The notes under the pieces were generated by a model that was given only the letters and a program-made list of their open reading frames with translations, ran no database searches and was not told the DNA's origin. This document shows, in pieces, positions 1 to 11,400 of a stretch of 64,000 bases of DNA. The first letter of the stretch is position 1. Every line of letters begins with the position of its first letter. The position numbers and the translations under genes are program-made. Source of the DNA: Squalus acanthias (lineage: Eukaryota); the NCBI GenBank assembly GCA_030390025.1, contig CM059438.1:38068001-38132000 (forward strand). The letters are read 5' to 3'.

Positions 1-752
1 GCAATATGCACTTAATGGCACAGTTTTAAAGAGTGTGCAGGGACAGAGGGACTTGGGAGTTAATGTGCATAGGTCCCTGAAGGTGGCGGGACATATTGAG
101 AGAGTGGTTAGCAAAGCATATGGGATCTTGGGCTTCATAAATAGAGGTATTGACTACAAAAGTAGAGAAGTTATGCTGAACCTTTATAAAGCGCTGGTTA
201 GGCCACAACTGGAGTATTGTGTCCAGTTCTGGTCACTGCACTTTAGGAAGGATGTGAAGGCCCTTGAGAGGGTGCAGAGGAGATTTACCAGAATGGTTCC
301 AGGGATGGGGGATCTTAACTACAAGGACAGGTTGTAGAAGCTGGATTTGTTTTCATTAGAGCAAAGGAGGTTGAGGGGTGATTTGATAGAGGTGTACAAG
401 ATTATGATGGGTTTGGATAGGCTAGAGGGGGAAAGGCTGTTCCCAGTAGTTGATGGTACAAGGACTAGGGGATACAGATTTATGGTTTTGAGCAAGAGAT
501 ACAGGGGGGATGTGAGGGAAAACCTTTTTACGCAGCGAGTGGTGAGGACCTGGAAAACTCTGCTGATGGAAGTGTTGGAAGCGGAGACACACAATGTTTT
601 CAAGGGGAGACTGGATAGGCACTTGAGGGAAATAACTTGCAGGGCTACGGGGATAGAGCGGGGGAATGGGGCTGACTCGATTTGCTCTACAGAGAGCCAT
701 CACGGACTCGATGGGCCGAATAGCCTCCTTCTGTGCCATTATGACTCTGATT
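1..752 (+). mobile_element. CR1 LINE 3' fragment (ORF2 C-terminus + 3'UTR), decayed
   Basis: ORFs 35..337 and 347..814 with [11 protein letters not shown] and [12 protein letters not shown]; near-identical to 9855-10620 and to the reverse complement of 56015-56800. Confidence 0.92.
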
Positions 753-1425
753 CCTCCTCTGTATTAACTACACTACCCTTCACCCCCAAATTTGGTGTCA
801 TCGGCAAATTTTGAAATTGTACTTTTGTTTCCTGAGTCCTAATAGTTTATGTAAATGGTGAACAACCGTGGTCCTTGTGGAACACCACTTCCCACCATTT
901 GCCAATCTAATTAATTACCTTTAACCCCTATTTTCTGTTTTGTAGCCAGTTTGCTATCCACTCTGCTACTTCTCTCCAGACTCCATGTTCTGACCTTAGT
1001 CATGAGCCTACTATGCGGTACCTTTTATTGAAGACTTTTTGGAAATCCAAATATGTTACGTCTACTACATTACCGTTGTCTACCTTTTCTGTTACTACTT
1101 CAAATAATTCAATGAAATTGGTCAAGCATGACCTTTCCTTTTGGAATCCATGCTGACTATTATATTTTCAGTCTCTAGATGTTTTTCTATTACATCTTGA
1201 GTAAGGATTCCATTATCTTTCTTGCATTAAGCTAATTGGTCTGTAGTTCCCTGGGCTCGTTCTATCTCCCTTTTTTTATTATACAGGAATCACAATAGTT
1301 GTCCGCCAGTCCTCTGGCAGTATTCCCTTTTCTAATGAATTTTTATATGTAATAATGCCTCTGCTAACTTATTTTAATATGCATGGATGCAATCCGTCCG
1401 GGCCAAGGGTTTTATCCAACCCAAG
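753..1425 (-). mobile_element. Older CR1 ORF2/RT fragment
   Basis: Reverse strand shows degenerate KFADDTKFGG and GPDGLHP motifs. Confidence 0.75.
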
Positions 1426-1956
1426 TTTGAATAATTTATCAATTATCTCCCCCTTTCTATCTTGATTGTTTTTATATTTTGTATTACACAAGCTATTTAT
1501 GCTGATTTTTTTCCCTCTCCAGTCTAAGATTGTCTTTTTTGAGATTTCCATCTTTGTTTGCAATATGTACTAATCTCAGTTCTGCTTATAGCCACTTAAG
1601 TGTGACTGGTCGGGTGGATATGTGCTAAAATGTTAATGTGTCCTCACTACCCTGTGCTCCCCTCTTCATTTTTTTGTTAATAGTATGAATAAACTACAGT
1701 AAGCAGATTTGTGTTGATGGATCAATAGCATGAATTGGCTGCTGGTCCTAGTGTCAATAGGATCTGAAACATCAATTTGAAACCTTGTTTGCAATGAAGT
1801 GTGGACTAACTATGAAAGTGCAATATTGCAAATAAATCAGTATTTGTCTTATGAAACAAATGTAATTTGCATTTTAAAACTTTCTAGAAAATATAGAAAC
1901 TTAGTAAACAATGTCACATGACTGATACCAGCCAAAGTACAGTGATTATGTCAAAT

Positions 1957-2125
1957 AACAACAGAAAATGCTGGAAACACTCAGCAGGCCAGGCAGCATC
2001 TGTGGAGAGAGAAACAGAGTTAACGTTTCAGGTCTGGGGCCCTTCTTCAGATGCTGCCTGGCCTGCTGAGTGTTTCCAACATTTTCTGCTGTTCTTTCAG
2101 ATTTCCAGCATCCAGTGTTTTGCTA
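1957..2125. mobile_element. Palindromic Penelope-type terminal element (46-bp inverted arms around a hammerhead remnant)
   Basis: Arms 1957-2002 and 2048-2093; same sequence family as 23000-23215 and 38570-38685. Confidence 0.75.
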
Positions 2126-2325
2126 TTGTACAGAGATTGTCAATTGAAACAAGCCCTGAATTGTGCGGCAAGTTCCAAGCATTCTCACATTTGGGGAAAA
2201 TAGAAGCTTTCGGCTAGTTGCATCCAGCATTTATTATACTTTACACTTACACAGGAGTTTTCAATTTTTTTTCAGAAGTCAAAAATAAAATGTAATTTGC
2301 CAATATTTTTTTTTTTCTTAGCACA

Positions 2326-2481
2326 ATGGAGCCGGTACTAAACTCAAAGTTCACATTTCTACAATCGCATGGAATTGTGAATGACGAACAAGAGATGTCT
2401 ACTGCGGAGGATTTTGAAGACATTAGAAAGGATTTGATTGATGAACTTTGCAGGGAAGAAAATTCAAATGCATCACATGTG
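2326..2481 (+). CDS. KIF20B: KIF20B coding exon 1 (MEPVLNSKF...NASHV); exon starts at 2322 with 4 nt of 5'UTR
   Basis: Poly-T tract + AG (2320-2321), Kozak acaATGG, donor GTAAAT at 2482, 156 nt, phase 0. Confidence 0.88.
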
Positions 2482-5400
2482 GTAAATATATAATAGGATG
2501 TCGCTGCATGCAGCAAGACATGGACAACATCCAGGCTTGGGCTGATATGTGGCAAGTAACATTCAGGTCACACAAGTTCCATGCAATGACATCTCCAGCA
2601 AGAGAGAGCCTAATCACTTTCCTTGACATTCAATGGCATTACCATTGCTGAATCCTCCACCAACATCATCCTGGGCGGGGCGGGGGGGGGGTCACCATTG
2701 ACAAGAAACTTATAACTGGACCAGCCACACGCATACCGTGACTACTAGAACAGGTCAGAAATTGGGTATTCTGCGGTGAGTGGCTCACCTCCTGACTCTC
2801 CAAAACCACTCCACCAACTGCAAGACACAAGTCAGGAGTGCGATGAAATACTATTCACTTGCTTGGATGAGTGCAGCTGCAACAACACTAGAGATGCTCG
2901 ACACCATCCAGAACGTAGAAGTCTGTTTGATAGGCACCCATCAACCAGTTTAACAATCCATTCCCTCTGACCAGTATACTGTGGCTGCAGTGTCTACTGT
3001 CAACAGGATGCACTGCAGCAAGTCACCAAGGCTTCTTAGGCAACACCTCCCAAACCCATAACCTCCACCACCTAGAAGGACAAGGGCAGGGCAGCAGGTG
3101 CATGGGAACACCACCACTTCTAAGTTCTTCTCCAAGTCACATCCCACCCTGACTTGGACATATATTCCCATTCCTTCATCTTTGCTGGGTCAAAATCCTG
3201 GTACTCCCTACCGAACAACTTTGTGGGACTACCTTCTTCACATGGACTGCAGTGGTTCAAGAATGCCCACCATCTCCAAGGGCAACTAGGGATCGGCAAT
3301 AAATGCTGGCATTGATAGCAATGCCCATATCCTGAGAATGAATTTTTTTTAAATATGGACTTGCAAATTTTCAACTTTTGATGTCTTGAAAAATATAAAA
3401 TAACTTCTTTTTTCAGGTTCAACAAAATTGTTCAGGTACAAAGGATCATTTGTGTGTTTATCTTCGTATTAGACCTTTCACTGAAACTGAAGTCACACAA
3501 AATGAATCTCAGGTTGGTTATCTAAATTACTTTGGGGAAAAATAAACTGTCTTTAAACGTTGACCCCATTGATATTTATGCTGATATGCCAAACTCTCTC
3601 CTTCTAGGGCTGTGTGTTAATAGAAAACTCAACTCGTGTGATTCTGAAAGCCCCACGAAATTCCTTGAGTTCCCGATGTAGTGATCGAGGAATTGGCCAA
3701 ATATCACAAAGCTTTACATTTTCTCATGTAAGTAAGAAATATAGTGTGTTGAGTATTTTACAGGCTAGCATAATGGTAATCTTGAATAGAGGCCTAATTG
3801 GTACACTTATTTGTACTTTTAAACGGAGTTCTGTATATGATGAGTTCCTTTTCTGAGCCTATGTCTGCATGCATTTAAAGATAGTAGCTAATGGCCTACT
3901 ACATTTGTGACAAATTTCTAGCTTAAAATTTCACAGCTAACAAAATGAAACTGCCTTGGGTAACAGGAGTTTGGCAGTGCTTAATGGTATATACTTCAAT
4001 GCAAGGAGTCTAGTGAATAAAGCAGATGAGCTGAGAGCACAGATGGACATATGGAAGTGTGATAACATGGCTTAAAGAAGAGCAGGAATGGCAACGCAAC
4101 ATTCCTGGTTACAGGATTTTGAGATGAGATAGAGAGGGGGATAAAAAAGGAGCGGGGGTTGCAATATTGTTTAAAGAAACAATTACAGCTGTGAGGAGGG
4201 ATGATATGTTAGAAGGATCATCAAATGAGGCCATATGGGTTGAACTGAAGAACAAAAAAGGGCAATCACAATCACTGTTTCCCCCTAATTTTTTTTGGGT
4301 GCGCAGCCCATTCACAGTTTCACGCATGCGCAAAACTTAACATTGGAAAAAGCCGGTCCTGGACTGCGCGGCCATGCAGCTTAGAGGGAATATTGATCAC
4401 AATGGGAGTGTACTATAGACCCCCAAACAGTTAGAGGGAGATAGAAGAGCAAATATGTAGGTAAATTTCTGAACTGCAAAAACAATAGGGCAGTAATAGG
4501 GGATTTCACCAACCCTAATAGTAACTGGGATAGAATTAGTGTAAAAGGTATAGAGGGTGCAGAATTAATAAAATGCGTTCAGGAGAATTTTTTTTTTAGC
4601 TAGTATGTAGCAATCCCACCAAGAGAGGGGGCAGTTCTGGACTTAGTTTTAGGGAATGAAGCTGGGCAAGTGGAAGGGGTATCAGTGGTAGAGCATTTTG
4701 GTGGAAGTGATCATAATTCAGTTAGATTTAGAGTAGTTATGGAAAAGGACAAAGAGAGAACAGGTGTAAAAGTTCTCAATTGGGGAAAGGCCAATTTTAC
4801 TCAGCTGAGATGTGATTTAGCAAAAGTGGACTGGAAACTGCTACTTGAAGGTAAATCAGTGTCAGAGCAGTGGGAGGCGTTCAAGGAGGAGATAGAGGGT
4901 TCAGAGCAAATATGTTCCCACAAAGAAAAAGGGTGGGACTCCCAAATCTAGAGCCCCCTGGATGTCATGGGGCATACAGGGTAGGATAAGGGGGGGTGGG
5001 GGAAGCAAAACTTTTGTCAGATACCGAAAGCTCAGTACTACAGAAAGCCGAGAGGAGTATAGAAAATGCAGGGGTGAAATTAAAAGGAAAATTAGGAAAG
5101 CAGAGAGGGCATGAAAACATACTGGCAAGTAAAATCAAGGAAAACCTAAAGATGTTTTATAAATACATAAAGCAAGAGGAAAACTAAGGAAAGAGTAGGG
5201 CCTATGACAAAAGGTAACTGTGTGTGGAGGCGGAAGACATGGGTATGGTTCTTGATGAATACTTTGCATCTGTCTTCACAAAAGAGAGGGAAGATGCAGA
5301 CATTGTAGTTAAGGAGGAAGAATGTGAAATATTAGATGGGATAAACCTAGCGAGAGAGGAAGTATTAAAGGGTTTAGCATCTTTGAAAGTGGATAAATCG

Positions 5401-8400
5401 CCAGGCCTGGCTGAAATGTATCTCAAGCTGTTAAGAGAAGCAAGGCAGGAAATAGTGGAGGCTATGACCATCGTTTTCCAATCCTCTCTGGCTACAGGCG
5501 TGGTGCCGGAAGACTGCTAACGTTGTACCATTGTTTAAAAAGGAGAAAGGGTAAGGCCGAGTAATTACAGGCCAATCAACCCAACCTTGGTAGTTGGCAA
5601 ATTATTGGAAAAAATTCTGAGGGACAGGTTTAAGTTTAAGTTTATTTCTGCTAAGTTAGTTAATAGCCTATAAAATAGAGGGAAAGAGCTGATTGGTGAG
5701 TAGCGGGGGAGTGCTTTTTGTTAAGTTTATTTCTGCTGGGTTAGTTCTATTAACTAGAGACATGACATGACATGGCAGGGCAGCTCAGTCCCGTGGAGTG
5801 CACATCCTCTGCCATGTGGGAAGTCCTGGACGCTTCACGTAGCCTGGACGACCACATGTGCAGGAAGTGTCAGCAACTCAAGCTCTGGGTTTCGGAGCTT
5901 GAGCAGCGGCTGGAGTCACTGGTGCATCCGCGAGACTGAGAGTTACGTGGATAGCACGTTTCTAGCGGTGGCCACCCCGCAGCTTAAGAGTATGCAGGCA
6001 AAGAGGGAATGGGTGACCGCCAGACAGAAGAGGAGGACCAGACAGGTAGTGCAGGAGTCCCCGGAGTGCATCGCGCTCTCCAACCAGTATTCTGTTCTGA
6101 GTACTGGTGAGGGCGATGGTTCCTCTGGGGAGTGCAGCCAGAGTCAAGTCCACGGCACCACGGGTGGCTCAGATGCACAAGGGGGGGGAGTAAAAAGAGT
6201 CGAAGAGCAATAGTGGTAGGGAATTCGATAGTTAGGGGAGCAGACAGGCGTTTCTGCGGCCGCAGACGTAACTCCAGGATGGTATGTTGCCTACCTGGTG
6301 CCAGGGTCAAGGATTTCACTGAGCCGCTGCAGGACACTCTGAGGGGGGAGGGTGAACAGCCAGAGGTCGTTGTCCATATCGGTACCAACGACATAGGCAG
6401 AAAGAGGGATGAGGTCCTGCAGGCAGAGTTTAGGGAGCTAGGAGAGAGATTAAAAAGAAGGACCTCAAAGGTAGTAATCTCCGTATTACTCCCGGTGCCA
6501 CGTGCTAGTGAGTACAGAAATAGGCGAATAGAACAGATGAATGTGTGGCTGGAGAGATGGTGCAGGAGGGAGGGCTTCACATTTTTGAGGCATTGGGACC
6601 GTTTCTGGGGAAGGTGGGACCTGTACAAGCCGGACGGGTTACACCTCAACAGAGCCGGGACCAATATTCTCGCGGGGAGGTTTGCTAGTGCTGTTGGGGA
6701 GGGTTTAAACTAATTTGGCAGGAGGATGGGCACCAGCTTATAGGAGTAGAAAAGAGGAATAAGGTGCATAGAAGAGTGAGTGTGTTGGATAGTACTAGAG
6801 GCGGAAGTAATACCATATTAGGTAATAGCAGACTAAAAAAGACTACAAAAAATTCAAAAATGGGTTTAGAATGCATGTACGTAAACGCTTAAAGTGTGGT
6901 GAATAAAGTTGGTAAGCTACAAGCACAATTAGCCGTGTGGTAATATGATGTGGCAATAACGGAAACGTGGCTTAAAAAAGGCGAGGACTGGGCACTTAAT
7001 ATTCATGGGTACAAGGTGTTCAGAAAAGATAGGGAAGGAAAAAAGGGAGGGGGGGTGGCAGTGCTGATTAAGGAAGGCATTGTAGTGTTGGAAAGGGAGG
7101 ATGTTTTTGAGGGGACAAGGACAGAATCCATTTGGTTAGAGCTGAGGAGCAAATGGGTATGATCACGCTATTGGGGGTATTCTATAGGCCTCCAAATAGT
7201 GAGAGGGAGGTAGAGGAGCAAATCTGCAGGGAAATCGCAGAGATATGCAAGAGCTATAGAGTGGTGATATTGGGGGACTTTAATTACCCAAATATCGATT
7301 GGAATAATACTAGGGTAAAGGGAAAGGAGGGGGAGGAATTTCTGAAATGTGTTCAGGACAATTTCCTTGACCAATATGTTCTTGGCCCAACTAGGAAGGA
7401 GGCATTGCTGGATCTGGTGCTGGGGGATGAGGTGGGCTAGTTCGACCAAGTGTCTGTGGGAGAACACTTTGGTACGAGTGATCATCGTATCATAAGATTT
7501 AGATTAGCAATGAAGAGGCGCAAGGAGCAATCTAGAGTGGAACTTCTAAACTGGAACAGGGCTAACTTCAATGGGATGCAAAAGGATCTAGCCAGGGTAA
7601 AATGGAACCAAAGACTGACCGGAAAAACTGTAACGGAACAATGGGTGATCTTTAAGGAGGAGATGTTCCAAGTACAGGCTAGGTACATTCCGACAAGAGG
7701 GAAGGGTAAGGGAACCAAAGCAAGGGCTCCTTGGATGACGAGGGAGATAGAGAAGATGATGAAACAAAAAAAGAGGGTGTATGATGCATGCCAGGTGAAT
7801 TCTTCAAGGGAGAACCAGACCAAATACAATAAGTTGAGAGGGGAAGTGAAGATGAAAATAAGATTGGCAAAGAGAGAATGTGAGAGTGGAATGGCGGTTA
7901 ACATAAAAGGGAACCCAAAAATCTTCTACCAGCATGTAAACAGTAAGCGGGTAGTAAGAGGCGGGATGGGGCCTATTAGGGACAAAGAAGGTGATATATG
8001 TTTAGAGGTGCAGGGCAAGGCTAGAATACTCCAATGAGTACTTTGTATTGGTGTTTACTAAGGAGGTGGATGCTGACAAAATATCGGTAAAAGTGGAAAA
8101 GGTAGAAGGAATGGAAGGGGTGAAAATTGAGACAGGATGTACTAGAAAGGCTGGGTATGCTTAGAGTGGACAAGTCGCCTGGTCCGGATGGCTTGCATCC
8201 CAGGTTGCTAAGGGAATTGGGGGAGGAGATAGCAGAAGGGCTTGCCATAATTTTCCAATCTTCCCTAGATGCGAGGGAGGTGCCTAAGGATTGGAAAGTG
8301 GCAAATGTGACATCATTGTTCAAGGAAGGGTGCAAGGACAATCCTAGTAACTACAGGCTGGTCAGTTTAACATCAGTGGTGGGTAAAGTTTTAGAAACAA

Positions 8401-11400
8401 TAATTAAGGAAAAAATTAACATGCACTTGGAAAGGCTAAAGCTAATTAAGGAGAGCCAACATGGATTTGTAAAAGGCAGATAGTGTTTGACTAATCTAAT
8501 TGAATTTTTTGATCAAGTAACAGAGGTTTGATGAAGGGAATGCAATGGATGTTGTCTACATGGATTTTTGGAAGGCGTTTGACAAAGTACCACATAGAAG
8601 GCTGGTAAACAAAATTGAGGTTTATGGAATAGGTGGGTCAGTGGCTTAAGGACAGAAAACAGCGAGTTGTGGTAAATAGCGGTTTTTCAGACTGGAAGAT
8701 GGTAGACAGTGGTGTTCCCCAAGGGCCACTGCTTTTTTTGATATATATATAAATGACCTGGATATTGGAATACAGAGTAGAATTTCTAAATTTGCTGATG
8801 ACACCAAACTTGGGGGTGTGGCAAACAGTGAGGATGACATCAATCGAATGCAAAGACATAGAAAGGCTAACGGAATGGGCAGACAAGTGGCAGATGGAAT
8901 TTAATAGAGAAAGTAACATTTCCAAATTTGCTGATGATGCAAAGCTAGGTGGCAGTGTCAGTTGCGAAGAGGATGTGAAGAGGCTTCAAGGGGATCTCGA
9001 CAGGCTCAGTGAGTGGGCGAGAACATGGCAGATGGAATATAATGTGGATAAATGTGAAGTTATCCACTTTGGTAGAAAAAACAGAAAGGCAGAGTATTTC
9101 CTAAATGGTGAAAGATTGGGGAATGCAGATGCTCAAAGGGATCTGGGTGTCCTTGTACATGAGTCACTGAAAGTGAATGTGCAGGTGCAGCAAGCCATTA
9201 GGAAGGCAAATAGTATGCTGGCCTTCATTACAAGAGGATTTGAGTACAGGAGTAAAGAAGTCTTACTCCAATTATATAGGGCCTTGGTGAGACCACACCT
9301 GGGGTACTGTGTACAATTTTGGTCTCCTTACCTAAGGAAGGATATACTTGCCATAGAGGGAGTGCAACGAAGGTTCACGAGATTGATTCCTGGGATGGCG
9401 GGACTGTCGTATGAGAAGAGATTGAGTAAACTAGGTCTGTATTCTCTTGAATTCAGAAGAATGAGAGGGGATCTCATTGAAGCATACAAAATTATTACAG
9501 GGCTTGATGGGGTGGATGCTGGGAGAATGTTTCCCTTTGCTGGGGAGTCTAGAACGATGGGCCACAGCCTCAGGATAGAGGGTAGGCCATTCAGGACTGA
9601 GATGAGAAGAAATTTCTTCACCCAGAGGGTGGTGAATCTTTGGAATTCTCTACCCTAGAGGGCTGTGGAGGCTCAGTCATTGGGTGTATTCAAAACAGAA
9701 GTCGATAGATTTCTGACTAGTAAGGGCATCAAGGGATATGGCGATAGGGCCGGTGAATGGAGTTGCGGCAGAAGATCAGCCGTGATCTCATTGAATGGCG
9801 GAGCAGGCTCGAAGGGCCGAATGACCTACTCCTGCTCCTATTTCTTATGTTCTTAGAAGTGTGAGGTGATACATTTTGGCAGAAGGAACCGGGAGAGGCA
9901 ATATACACCTAATGACACAGTTTTAAAGAGTGTGCAGGGACAGAGGGACCTGGGAGTTAATGTGCATAGGTCCCTGAAGGTGGCAGGACATATTGAGAGA
10001 GTGGTTAGCAAAGCATATGGGATCTTGGGCTTCATAAATAGAGGTATTGAGTACAAAAGTAGAGAAGTTATGCTGAACCTTTATAAAGCGCTGGCTAGGC
10101 CACAACTGGAGTATTGCGTCCAGTTCTGGTCACTGCACTTTAGGAAGGATGTGAAGGCCTTGGAGAGGATGCAGAGGAGATTTACCAGAATGGTTCTGGG
10201 GATGGGGGATCTTCGCTACAAGGACAGGTTGTAGAAGCTGGATTTGTTTTCATTAGAGCAAAGGAGGTTGAGGGGTGATTTGATAGAGGTGTACAAAATT
10301 ATGACGGGTTTGGATAGGCTAGAGGGGGAAAGGCTGTTCCCACTAGTTGATGGTACAAGGGCTAGGGGGACACAGATTTATGGTTTTGGGCAAGAGATAC
10401 AGGGGGGATGTGAGGAAAAACCTTTTTTACGCAGCGAGTTGTGAGGACCTGGAATTTGCTGCCGTTGGAAGCGGAGACACTCAATGTTTTCAAGGGGAAG
10501 CACTTGAGGGAAATAAACTTGCAGGGTTACAGGGATAGAGCGGCGGGGAATGGGACTGACTGGATTGCTCTACAGAGAGCCATCACGGACTCGAATGGCC
10601 GCATCCTATGCCATATGACTATAAATCGTCATTTAGAAAGGCATGCATTAATCAAGGACAGTCAGCATGGATTTGTTAAGGGAAAGTCGTGCCTGACTAA
10701 CTTGATTGAATGAATGAGGAGGGTCGATGAGGGTAGCGGATTTGGTGTAGTCTACATGGATTTTAGCAAGGCTTTTGACAAGGTCCCACACGGCAGACTG
10801 GTCAGAAAAGTAAATGGGATCCAAGGGAAAGTGGCAAGTTGGTTCCAAAATTGGCTCAGTGGCAGGAAGCAAAGGGTAATGGTTGACGGGTGTTTTTGTG
10901 TCTGGAAGGCTGTTTCCAGTGGGGTTCCGTAGGGCTCAGTACTAGGTCCTTTGCTTTTTGTGGTATACATCAATGACTTAGACTTCAATGTAGGGGACAT
11001 GATTAAGAAGTTTGCAGAAAGTACAAAAATTTTGCCATGTGGTTGATAGTGAGGAAGAAAGCTGGAGACTGCAGGAAGAGATCAATGGACTGGTCAAGTG
11101 ATCAGAAAAGTGGCAAATGAAATTCAATCCAGAGAAGTGTGAGGTAATGCATATGGGGAAGGCTAACCAGGCAAGAGAATACACAGTAAATGGTAGGATA
11201 CTGAGAAGTGTAGAGGAACAGAGGGACCTTGGAGTGCATGTCCACAGATCCCTGAAAGTAGCAGGGCAGGTAGAAAGGTGGTTAAGAAGCCATACGGGAT
11301 ACTTTCCTTTATTAGCCGAGGTATAGAATATAAGAGCAGGGAGGTTAAGCTAGAACTTTATAAAACACTAGTTAGGCTACAGCTAGAGTACTGAGTACAG

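Noticed and set aside
5984-6664. 226-aa and other antisense ORFs overlapping LINEs
   Set aside because: They are shadow frames on the opposite strand of CR1/L2 coding sequence, with no independent motifs.
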